Part shown: positions 41,543-50,829 of the stretch, piece by piece | Numbering within the stretch: the first letter of the stretch is position 1 | How the letters are laid out: every line of letters begins with the position of its first letter | Assembly (NCBI GenBank): GCA_963773065.1 | Contig: CAVYZN010000009.1 | Location: forward strand, 1 to 64,000 | Direction: 5' to 3' | DNA: 64,000 nt | From: an uncultured Gammaproteobacteria bacterium | GTDB taxonomy: Bacteria > Pseudomonadota > Gammaproteobacteria > UBA9214 | Translations under genes and position numbers: made by a program | Notes under the pieces: generated by a model | Told to the model about the DNA's origin: nothing | The model's input: only the letters and a program-made list of their open reading frames with translations | The model's database searches: none

Positions 41543-41630
41543 CCGAACATTTCCCGGAAAAGACCGGTCGCTTAGACCGCGCTCTCTGGCTTGTTGAATG
41601 TATAATCCAGGTGAACGGCGCGCCTGGTGA

Positions 41631-41891
41631 TCAGAGCGCGCGGATATGCTGGTTGAGGCGGCTCTTGTGGCGAGCGGCCTTGTTTTGATGAATCAGACCC
41701 TTGCCGACGGCGCTGTCGATGATCGGGACCGCCTTGCGGTAGGCTTGCATGGCGACCTCGGAATTGCCGCTGCGGATGGCGGCAAAGACCTTTTTGATCG
41801 AGCTGCGCAATTCTGAGCGCTGACTGGCGTTGCGCTGACGGCGGTTTTCCGCCTGCCGCGCCCGCTTGGTTGCTTGTGCTGTATTAGCCAA
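41631..41891 (-). CDS. rpsT: 30S ribosomal protein S20
   Basis: ANTAQATKRARQ...KAARHKSRL; TTG start. Confidence 0.97.
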   Translation of the reverse strand: MANTAQATKRARQAENRRQRNASQRSELRSSIKKVFAAIRSGNSEVAMQAYRKAVPIIDSAVGKGLIHQNKAARHKSRLNQHIRAL

Positions 41892-41928
41892 AGGATGACT
41901 CCTGACCGGGATGGTTCAAAGGCGGCGT

Positions 41929-41957
41929 ACTATGCGGATTTTTGGTTGTTTTGTCAA
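41929..41957 (-). promoter_or_regulatory. rpsT sigma70 promoter
   Basis: TTGACA-17 bp-CATAGT. Confidence 0.65.
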
Positions 41958-42202
41958 TCGCGGTACGGCATGAAAGCCGGGCGTGTGTCGCATTGGCTGC
42001 CCCCGCGCGGCATGATCGGCGGTGATCGGGCCTGCCGGGGCATCCCGGCCACGTGCCCCGGGAAACGCAGGTGCAAACCAGTGCACGGGGCAAGCCCTGC
42101 TGTTAAGCTATCGTTCCCTCAGCGAGCGTTACATCAGAGCTGCCAATCTTCTCGAATAACCGTGCGGCCGGGTAAACCACCACGGCGTGCATGGCCCTGT
42201 GT

Positions 42203-43783
42203 ATGAGCGCCAAGCTACTAAAAAATACTGTGATTGTTGGCGCGATGACGCTGATATCCCGGGTGTTGGGCCTGGTGCGGGACATGGTCATGGCCTGGTT
42301 CGGCGCCACGGCCGGCATGGATGCCTTCTTCGTCGCCTTCAAGATCCCGAATTTCCTGCGCCGCCTGTTTGCCGAAGGGGCCTTCTCGCAGGCCTTCGTG
42401 CCGATCATCTCCGAGTACAAGGAACAGCGTTCCCATGCCGCGGTGCGGGACCTGGTCAACCGGGTGGCCGGTACCTTCGGCGGGGTACTGATCCTGATTA
42501 CCGTGGTGGGCGTGCTGGCCAGCCCGGTCGTGGTCACGGTGTTCGCCCCGGGATTCCTGTATACGGACAGCGCCAGATTCGACCTGGCATCGCAGATGCT
42601 GCGTATCACCTTTCCCTATATCCTGTTTGTTTCGCTGGTGGCCTTCGCGGCCGGCATACTCAATACCTATGGCCGCTTTGCCACGCCGTCGCTCGCGCCG
42701 GTGTGGTTGAACGTCGTCATGATCGGCGCCGCGTTGTTCGTCGCCCCCCATCTGGAGCGGCCGGTGCTGGCGCTGGCGGGCGGGGTGTTCGTTGCCGGCG
42801 TGGTGCAGGTGCTGTACATGCTGCCGTCGCTGCGGCGCATCGGGTTGTTGCCGCGGCCTCGCTGGGACATCCGGGACGAGGGCGTGCGGCGCATCATGAG
42901 GCTCATGCTGCCGGGCATATTCGGTTCCTCGGTCGCCCAGATCAACCTGCTGCTCGACACCCTGATCGCCTCCTTCCTGGTGACCGGCAGCGTGACGTGG
43001 CTGTACTACTCCGACCGACTGGTGGAATTTCCTCTCGGCGTTTTCGCCATCGCCCTGTCGACGGTCATACTCCCGAGTCTCTCGCGCAGTCATGCCAACG
43101 CCTCTGAAGAGGAGTTTTCCGCCACGGTTGACTGGGGCCTGCGTCTGGTGCTGCTGGTCGGGATACCTTCGATGATCGGCCTGATCATACTGGCGCGGCC
43201 CGTGCTGGCCACGCTGTTCCTTTATCATGACTTCACGCTATGGGATGTACGCATGGCGAGTCTGAGTCTGATGACGATGTCATTCGGATTGCCGGCCTTC
43301 ATGCTGATCAAGGTGCTGGCCCCGGCATTCTACTCACGCAAGGATCCGCGGACGCCGGTGCGCATCGCGGTGATCTCCCTGGTGACCAACCTCTTGTTCA
43401 ATCTGATCATCGTAATTCCGATGGTGCGTCTGGGGGTGCCCGGCCCACATGCCGGGCTGGCGTTCGCGACCTCCATTGCCGCCTATGTCAATGCCGGGCT
43501 GCTGTTCCGGGTTCTGTACCGTAAACGGATTTATCAGCCGCACGCCGGATGGCGGAAATATCTCCTCCAGCTTGGTTCGGCCGCCGCCGCGATGGCCGGT
43601 GTGTTGCTGTGGGGAGCTCCGGCCCTGGCGGAATGGGCCGCCTGGCCTGCCGGACATCGTGGTCTGGTCCTCCTCGCCTGGGTATGCGCGGGACTGGCGG
43701 TTTATTTCCTCACCCTGCGCGCCGGCGGCCTGCAGGTCTCGACGCTGTGGACTACCGGGCATGCGGCCGAGGAGGGTGCATGA
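42203..43783 (+). CDS. murJ: lipid II flippase
   Basis: SRVLGLVRD, PNFLRRLFAEGAFSQAFVP, YSDRLVEFPLG. Confidence 0.97.
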   Translation: MSAKLLKNTVIVGAMTLISRVLGLVRDMVMAWFGATAGMDAFFVAFKIPNFLRRLFAEGAFSQAFVPIISEYKEQRSHAAVRDLVNRVAGTFGGVLILITVVGVLASPVVVTVFAPGFLYTDSARFDLASQMLRITFPYILFVSLVAFAAGILNTYGRFATPSLAPVWLNVVMIGAALFVAPHLERPVLALAGGVFVAGVVQVLYMLPSLRRIGLLPRPRWDIRDEGVRRIMRLMLPGIFGSSVAQINLLLDTLIASFLVTGSVTWLYYSDRLVEFPLGVFAIALSTVILPSLSRSHANASEEEFSATVDWGLRLVLLVGIPSMIGLIILARPVLATLFLYHDFTLWDVRMASLSLMTMSFGLPAFMLIKVLAPAFYSRKDPRTPVRIAVISLVTNLLFNLIIVIPMVRLGVPGPHAGLAFATSIAAYVNAGLLFRVLYRKRIYQPHAGWRKYLLQLGSAAAAMAGVLLWGAPALAEWAAWPAGHRGLVLLAWVCAGLAVYFLTLRAGGLQVSTLWTTGHAAEEGA

Positions 43784-43841
43784 AACACCGCCCGGGTGCT
43801 ATACACTAGGCTTTTGTTCGGGCGGTCTCGGCTAAATTACC

Positions 43842-44768
43842 TTGGAACTGGTTCGCGGCATTCATAACCTGCGTCCCCGCCACCGGGGGTGCGCCGCTAC
43901 CATCGGTAATTTCGATGGCGTGCACCTCGGGCACCAGGCCGTGCTCGGGCAATTGTCGGAACACGCCGAGATGCTGCGCCTGCCGGTAACGGTCATCATG
44001 TTTGAACCACAACCGCGGGAATACTTCACCCCGGAGAGGGTGCCGCCCCGATTAACGCGGTTGAGGGAAAAGGTGGAGGCGCTGCGCCGCTTTGGCGTGG
44101 ACCGGGTGCTTTGTCTGCGTTTTGGCGACTTCCTGGCCAAGCTGTTGCCGGAGGAGTTTATCCGTATCATCCTGCTGGAAGGGCTGGAGGTGAAATATCT
44201 CGTGGTCGGGGATGATTTCCGGTTTGGCAGGGGCCGGGCCGGGAATTTCACACTGCTCGATCGCGCCGGGGCCGCCCATGGATTCTCCGTCGTGAATATG
44301 CATACCTTCAATATCGACGGGAAGCGCGTCAGCAGCACGCGCGTTCGCGAGGCGCTGGGGGCGGGTGACCTGGTGGCGGCGGAATCCCTGCTGGGCCGGC
44401 CCTACCGCATGAGCGGCCGGGTGGCGCATGGCGACAAACGCGGGCGGACGATCGGTTTCCCGACGGCCAATATCTTCCTGCACCGCAGCGCAACACCGGT
44501 GCAGGGCGTGTTCGCGGTGGAATTGTTCGGGGTGGAGGGCGAACCCGTGCGGGGCGTCGCCAATGTCGGAAACCGTCCGACCGTGGACGGCACGCGCAGC
44601 CTGCTGGAAGTTCACCTGTTCGATTTCAACCGGGATATCTACGGGCGCCACGTGCAGGTCGATTTCCTGCACAAGATCAGGGCGGAACGGCGTTTCGAGA
44701 GTATCGATGCCCTGCGGCGGCAGATCGAGGACGATGCGACAAAGGCGCGCGCCTGGTTTAAAGGCTGA
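43842..44768 (+). CDS. ribF: riboflavin kinase / FAD synthetase
   Basis: IGNFDGVHLGH, GDDFRFG, SSTRVR, GRTIGFPTAN. Confidence 0.97.
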   Translation: MELVRGIHNLRPRHRGCAATIGNFDGVHLGHQAVLGQLSEHAEMLRLPVTVIMFEPQPREYFTPERVPPRLTRLREKVEALRRFGVDRVLCLRFGDFLAKLLPEEFIRIILLEGLEVKYLVVGDDFRFGRGRAGNFTLLDRAGAAHGFSVVNMHTFNIDGKRVSSTRVREALGAGDLVAAESLLGRPYRMSGRVAHGDKRGRTIGFPTANIFLHRSATPVQGVFAVELFGVEGEPVRGVANVGNRPTVDGTRSLLEVHLFDFNRDIYGRHVQVDFLHKIRAERRFESIDALRRQIEDDATKARAWFKG

Positions 44769-45247
44769 TTCACCGCAGAGACGCAGAGGACGCCGGGTAT
44801 TTATTAAAATATTAAAGATCCAAAGCACTGAATACCAGGGAGGGTATATATGGGCGATGCAGGTCTGTTAACAGGCCGGATAATTTCAGCGGCTATCGAG
44901 GTACATCGTTATTTAGGCCCTGGATTGCTTGAATCAGCGTATGAGCAATGCCTGTGCTGGGAATTACATCAAAGGGGAATAAATTTTGAGAGACAGGTGG
45001 ATTTACCGATAACTACAAGGGTTACAGAATGGATTCGGTTATCGCTTGATCTCGTCATGACCACGTGGTTGTTGAGTTGAAAGCGGTCAGGCAACTGGAA
45101 AAGATCCACGAAGCACAACTCCTGACCTATCTGAAGTTAACGGGAAAACTTGGTCTTTGTTGAACTTTAATGTCGTGCTTTTGAAAATGGTATTAAACGT
45201 ATTGTTATCGTTTATAACTTCGCGTCCTTCGCGCCTCTGCGGTGAAT
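44768..45247. mobile_element. inverted-repeat-bounded element carrying a GxxExxY gene
   Basis: Arms ATTCACCGCAGAGACGCAGAGGACGC (44768-44793) and GCGTCCTTCGCGCCTCTGCGGTGAAT (45222-45247), 23/26 complementary; AT-rich interior. Confidence 0.75.
44850..45210 (+). pseudogene. GxxExxY protein (PD-(D/E)XK nuclease family), frameshifted
   Basis: [19 protein letters not shown]...; later frames give YRLDLV, VELKAV, HEAQLLTYLKL, LNFN, GIKRIV. Confidence 0.85.
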
Positions 45248-45253
45248 TAATCA

Positions 45254-48101
45254 ATGGCTGATTACAAAAATACCCTGAATCTTCCCAACACGGCTTTCCC
45301 CATGAAGGGCAATCTGCCCCAGCGCGAACCGGAGATACTCCAGCGCTGGGAAGCCATGGACCTCTACGGCACGCTGCGCGAGGCCTGCCGGGGACGCCCG
45401 CGATTCGTGCTGCATGACGGGCCGCCCTACGCCAATGGCGACATCCATATCGGCCATGCCGTCAACAAGGTCCTGAAGGACATCATCGTCAAGAGCAAGA
45501 CCCTGAGCGGGTTCGATGCGCCCTATATTCCCGGTTGGGACTGCCACGGCCTGCCGATCGAACTCAATGTCGAGAAGCAGGCCGGCAAGCCCGGCGTCAA
45601 GGTGGATGCGGCGCAGTTCAGGAAGGCCTGCCGCGAATATGCCAGCCAGCAGGTCGAAGGCCAGCGGCGTGATTTCATTCGCCTGGGGGTGGTGGGCGAT
45701 TGGCGGAATTCCTATCTCACCATGCAGTACCGCATCGAGGCCGATATCATACGCGCGCTGGGCAGGATCGCCGGGAACCGCCACCTCACCAAAGGCTACA
45801 AACCGGTGCACTGGTGCACGGATTGCGGCTCCGCGCTGGCGGAGGCCGAAGTGGAATACGAGGACAAGGATACTTTCGCCATCGATGTCCGCTTCCCGGT
45901 GCTGAATGAGCAGGCGCTGCTCGCGCGCTGTCACCATACCGAGGGACATTGCGGAGAAGGCCCGCTGGCCGTCGTGATCTGGACCACCACACCCTGGACG
46001 CTGCCGGCCAACCGCGCGGTCGCGCTCAATCCGGCGCTGGACTATGTCGTGGTGCAGTGCGATACCGGCCACGGGCAGGAGCGGCTGCTGCTGGCCGATG
46101 CGCTGTTAAAGGACGCCATGGGCCGTTTCAATGCGGAGAAATACCGAGGTGCTGGCCTATTGCAAGGGGAGCGATCTGGAAGGGCTGAAACTCGCGCATC
46201 CGTTCTACCAGCGCGAGGTGCCGGTCATACTCGGCGAACACGTCACCACGGAGGCGGGCACCGGCGCCGTTCATACCGCGCCCGGGCATGGCCAGGAAGA
46301 CTATATCGTCGGACGCCATTACAATCTGGCGGTCGACAATCCGGTCGGCGGCGATGGCCGGTTTCTTCCGGATACCGAACTGTTTGCCGGACAGCATGTC
46401 TTCGTGGCCAACAATTCCGTCATCGAGGTTCTGAAGAGCCGCGCGGCGCTGGTGCATGAAGAGAAGCTGCGGCACAGTTATCCGCACTGCTGGCGGCACA
46501 AGACGCCGATCATCTTCCGCGCCACGCCGCAATGGTTCATCAGCATGGAGCAGAATCATCTGCGCACGGCGGCATTGAGCGAGATCCGGCAGGTCGAATG
46601 GACACCGGAATGGGGGCAGGCGCGCATCGCCGGCATGGTGGAGAATCGCCCGGACTGGTGCATCTCGCGCCAGCGGACCTGGGGTGTGCCGATCCCGCTG
46701 TTCGTGCACAGGGAAAGCGGCGAACTGCACCCGGACAGCGCCAGCCACATCGAGTCCATCGCCCGGCGCGTCGAAGAGCGGGGTATCGAAGCCTGGTATG
46801 AACTGGATCCGGCCGAGCTGCTCGGCGGCGCTGCTCCCGATTATGAAAAGGCGTCCGACACGCTGGATGTCTGGTTCGACTCCGGCGTGACCCACTTTGC
46901 CGTGCTGCGGCAGCGCGAGGATCTGGCGTTTCCGGCCGACCTCTACCTGGAAGGCTCCGACCAGCATCGCGGCTGGTTCCAGTCTTCGCTGCTCACCTCG
47001 GTCGCCATGTGCGGCATGGCGCCCTACAAGGCGGTGCTGACCCATGGCTTTACCGTCGATGCCGGCGGCCAGAAGATGTCCAAATCCCGAGGCAATGTGG
47101 TGGCCCCGCAGAAGGTGGTGAATGCGCTCGGCGCCGATATCCTGCGCCTGTGGGTGGCCGCAACCGACTACCGCGGCGAGATGTCGGTCTCGGACGAGAT
47201 CCTGAAACGCATGGGCGAGGCTTATCGCCGCCTGCGCAACACCGCCCGTTTCCTGCTCGCCAATCTGAACGGTTTCGATCCCGCCGCGGACCTGCTGGAT
47301 CCGCGGCAAATGCTGAGTCTCGACCGCTGGACCGTCGATCGTACCCGCTTGCTGCAGGAACGGGTGCGACAGGCTTATGACGATTATGAATTCCACCGCA
47401 TCTATCAGCTCGTGCACAACTTCTGCACGGTGGATATGGGCAGCTTCTATCTGGATATCATCAAGGACCGGCAGTACACCACGCGTGCCGACGGCATCCC
47501 GCGGCGCTCGGCGCAGACGGCGATGTACCACGTGGTCGAGGCGCTGGTGCGCTGGTTCGCGCCGATCATGAGTTTCACCGCCGAGGAGATCTGGCAGCAC
47601 CTCCCGGGACCGCGCGCCGCATCGGTTTTTCTCTCGACCTGGCATGAGCTGCCGCCGGTCTGCCCTACGGACTCCGAGGTCCGGCGGCACATGGATGCCG
47701 ATTACTGGGACCGGGTCATCGAGGTGCGTGAGGCGGTCAGCAAGGAACTGGAGAAGTTGCGCGTGGGCGGCGGGATCGGTTCCTCGCTCGATGCCGAGGT
47801 GGATCTCTATGCCGATGCGGAAACCGCCGGACTGTTGCGCGCCCTGGAGGACGAGCTGCGCTTCGTGCTGATCACTTCCTATGCCCGCGTCCATGACGCC
47901 GCCGCCCGTCCGGCCGAGGCGGTTGAGGCCGGCGTTCCCGGACGGCAACTGTGGCTACGGGTTGCGCCTTCGGCGCACGCCAAGTGCGTGCGCTGCTGGC
48001 ACCATCGCGAGGACGTGGGTGAGAATCCGCAACATCCCGAACTCTGCGGCCGTTGCATCGAGAACATCGCGGGCGACGGTGAATTGCGCCGTTACGCCTG
48101 A
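45254..48101 (+). CDS. ileS: isoleucyl-tRNA synthetase (one frameshift near 46140, probable assembly error)
   Basis: [35 protein letters not shown]-terminal zinc finger. Confidence 0.96.
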
Positions 48102-48125
48102 ACCCGTCTTGCGGAGCAATCGAGC

Positions 48126-48602
48126 ATGAAATGGTTCTGGCTTGCCGGGGTGGTGCTGATCCTGGATCAAGGCAGCAAATGGATCGCCGATTCCCTGTTG
48201 GATCCGCACGACTCCATCCCGCTGCTGCCGATCCTTGCCCTGCGCAAGACCTACAATCCGGGCGCGGCCTTCAGCTTTCTGAGCGATGCCGCCGGCTGGC
48301 AGCGTTGGTTCTTCGTCGGGTTGGCGTTAGTGGTTATCGTCGTGCTCGTGGCCTGGCTGCGGCGTCTCCCCCAGGGGCAGGGACGCATGGCGCTTGCGCT
48401 GGCGCTGATACTGGGCGGGGCGGCGGGCAACCTGATCGACCGGTTGCTCTACGGTCATGTCATCGATTTCATCGACCTGTATTACCGCGCCTGGCACTGG
48501 CCGACGTTCAATATCGCCGATTCGGCGATCACGCTCGGCGCCGCGCTGCTGCTGCTCGATGCCTTCCTGGGGCGCAGGGAAGAAACCCCGGGAAAACAAT
48601 GA
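48126..48602 (+). CDS. lspA: lipoprotein signal peptidase
   Basis: DQ.SK, NPGAAFSFL, GA.GNLIDR, VIDF, FNIAD. Confidence 0.97.
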   Translation: MKWFWLAGVVLILDQGSKWIADSLLDPHDSIPLLPILALRKTYNPGAAFSFLSDAAGWQRWFFVGLALVVIVVLVAWLRRLPQGQGRMALALALILGGAAGNLIDRLLYGHVIDFIDLYYRAWHWPTFNIADSAITLGAALLLLDAFLGRREETPGKQ

Positions 48603-48643
48603 GCGATGTGCGCCCTGCAGTGATGACATCCAGGGGGGCAGTT

Positions 48644-49291
48644 TTGACCAGACGTGTGAAATATCCCATCGGCGCGGGCAGCACCGTCACCCTGCATTTC
48701 TCGCTCACGCTGGAAGACGGCACGGTGGCCGAAAGCACCCTTGATGGTGAGCCGCATACCTTCATCATGGGTGACGGGTCGCTGCTGCGCGGTCTGGAAC
48801 TGGCGCTCTACGGCCTGCGTCCGGGCGATACCCAGCGCCTGCTGCTGCACCCCGAACAGACCTTCGGGATGCGCGATCCGGCCAACATTCATCACCTGCC
48901 GCGCGCGGAGTTCGCTGACGACATCACCCTGGAACCGGGCATCATCATCGGCTTCACCGACACCGGCGGCGAGGAGATACCCGGGACCGTTCTGTCCGCG
49001 ACCGAAGCGGCCGTCGAGGTGGACTTCAATCACCCGCTGGCGGGCCATGCCGTCACCTTTGACGTGGAAATCATCGACGTGATCCCCGCGGATATCGATG
49101 ACCGCCGATTGATGTTCACCGCAAAGGCGCAGAGGATCGCAGAGAAAATACGTTGCTTCAAAGTGAAACCATTGATCAACGCGAAAGATTTCTTCAGAAT
49201 CATGGCAAAAGATCCAGTGCGTAAATCGGTTTCTTCATTGAACAGCAATAGTTTTTCTCTGCGTCCTTTGCGTCTTTGCGGTGGATGTTGA
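48644..49291 (+). CDS. fkpB: FKBP-type PPIase SlpA/FkpB (frame runs through the downstream repeat element)
   Basis: [29 protein letters not shown]; lspA-fkpB-ispH synteny. Confidence 0.9.
   Translation: MTRRVKYPIGAGSTVTLHFSLTLEDGTVAESTLDGEPHTFIMGDGSLLRGLELALYGLRPGDTQRLLLHPEQTFGMRDPANIHHLPRAEFADDITLEPGIIIGFTDTGGEEIPGTVLSATEAAVEVDFNHPLAGHAVTFDVEIIDVIPADIDDRRLMFTAKAQRIAEKIRCFKVKPLINAKDFFRIMAKDPVRKSVSSLNSNSFSLRPLRLCGGC
49115..49285. repeat. gene-less copy of the GxxExxY-type inverted-repeat element
   Basis: TTCACCGCAAAGGCGCAGAGGATCGCAGAGAAAA ... TTTTCTCTGCGTCCTTTGCGTCTTTGCGGTGGA. Confidence 0.8.
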
Positions 49292-49359
49292 ACTTGTTTG
49301 CATGGTGTACCCTACGATCAGTTCATACGCACCTTGCACCCAGGTTGAATCAACCCGCC

Positions 49360-50292
49360 ATGCAAATCCTGTTAGCCAATCCCCGCGGATTCTGCGCCGG
49401 CGTCGACCGCGCGATCGAGATCGTCGAGCGGGCGCTGGAACTGTTCGGCGCGCCGATCTACGTCCGGCATGAAGTGGTGCACAACCGCCATGTCGTGGAA
49501 GGTCTGCGCGCGCGCGGCACGGTGTTCGTCGATGAATTGGACGAGGTGCCGGACGGCGCCACCGTCATCTTCAGCGCCCACGGCGTCTCCCGGGCGGTGC
49601 ATGAGGAGGGGGCGCGTCGCGGCCTGCGCGTGTTCGATGCCACCTGCCCGCTGGTCACCAAGGTGCATCTCGAGGTCAGCCGCCACGCGCGGGAAGGACG
49701 CGAATGTATCCTGATCGGGCACAAGGGACACCCGGAGGTGGAAGGCACCATGGGCCAGTACGATGGCTCCCGCGGCGGCGCCATGTACCTCGTCGAGACA
49801 CCTCATGATGTTGCGCAGCTTGCGGTCAGGCGCCCGGATAACCTGGCGTTCGTCACCCAGACCACCCTCTCGGTCGATGACACGGCGTGCGTGATCGATA
49901 GGCTGCGGGAGCGGTTCCCGCGTATCCAGGGACCGCGCAAGGATGATATCTGCTACGCCACCCAGAACCGGCAGGATGCCGTCAAGGCCCTGGCCGGAAG
50001 ATGTGATGTCTTTCTGGTGGTCGGCTCACCCAACAGCTCCAACTCCAACCGGCTGCGCGAAATCGCGGAAAAGCAGGGCGTGCCGGCTTACCTCGTGGAT
50101 GAGGCGGATGAGATCCGCAGGGAATGGGTGGCGGGCAGGCGGAGCGTCGGCGTCACCGCCGGCGCCTCCGCGCCGCAGGCGCTGGTCAACGGCGTGGTCG
50201 AACGGCTGCGCGCCTGGGGCGGTGAAGTGGTGGTGGAGTCACAGGGCCGGCAGGAGAAGGTGACATTTTCCCTGCCGCGGGCGCTGCAGTAG
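49360..50292 (+). CDS. ispH: 4-hydroxy-3-methylbut-2-enyl diphosphate reductase
   Basis: [40 protein letters not shown]. Confidence 0.97.
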   Translation: MQILLANPRGFCAGVDRAIEIVERALELFGAPIYVRHEVVHNRHVVEGLRARGTVFVDELDEVPDGATVIFSAHGVSRAVHEEGARRGLRVFDATCPLVTKVHLEVSRHAREGRECILIGHKGHPEVEGTMGQYDGSRGGAMYLVETPHDVAQLAVRRPDNLAFVTQTTLSVDDTACVIDRLRERFPRIQGPRKDDICYATQNRQDAVKALAGRCDVFLVVGSPNSSNSNRLREIAEKQGVPAYLVDEADEIRREWVAGRRSVGVTAGASAPQALVNGVVERLRAWGGEVVVESQGRQEKVTFSLPRALQ

Positions 50293-50330
50293 GCGCCCCG
50301 GCTAGGCAATATGGCTGACGGCGCGAAAGG

Positions 50331-50750
50331 CTATTTCCAGCAATCGTCTAAGGGCAGGGAGCCACCGCTGATAGTCTTTACTCCCTGTGAAGTCAGGGTA
50401 AAGGTTCCGCACTTGTCTTTTACCTGCGTACCTTTTCGCGCGGCACTGACCGTGAAGCCTATATTGTCCTGAGCGACGATAGTCAAGGTGTAATAATCGG
50501 AAGCGAAGGAAGGAAAGACATCGGCGACGGCGATGTCGGTGCCATCGGCCTTGGTATAAGTGCCTACATCGGAATAATGCCGCTCCATGCGATCCGCCAA
50601 CTGCAGCAGCGCGCTCATGCCATCGGCGCGCCGCGACTTCATGACCTGGTCCCGGTAAGAGGGGTAGCCGATGGCGGCGATAATGCCGATGATCGCCACC
50701 ACGATCATCAGTTCCATCAGGGTAAAACCACGCATCTTGTTCGGCATCAT
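50331..50750 (-). CDS. pilE: type IV minor pilin PilE
   Basis: GFTLMELMIVVAIIGI, PSY..., DKCGTFTL...CW. Confidence 0.9.
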   Translation of the reverse strand: MMPNKMRGFTLMELMIVVAIIGIIAAIGYPSYRDQVMKSRRADGMSALLQLADRMERHYSDVGTYTKADGTDIAVADVFPSFASDYYTLTIVAQDNIGFTVSAARKGTQVKDKCGTFTLTSQGVKTISGGSLPLDDCWK

Positions 50751-50829
50751 GATGTTTCTTCCTGTACCAGTCGTCGTTGCCTCGCGCACGGCCGGGAACG
50801 GCCGGCCGTGCGCGAGGGAGGGTTGCTGT

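Noticed and set aside
46120-46160. Programmed frameshift in ileS
   Set aside because: No convincing slippery heptamer or stimulator; many similar indels nearby point to sequencing error
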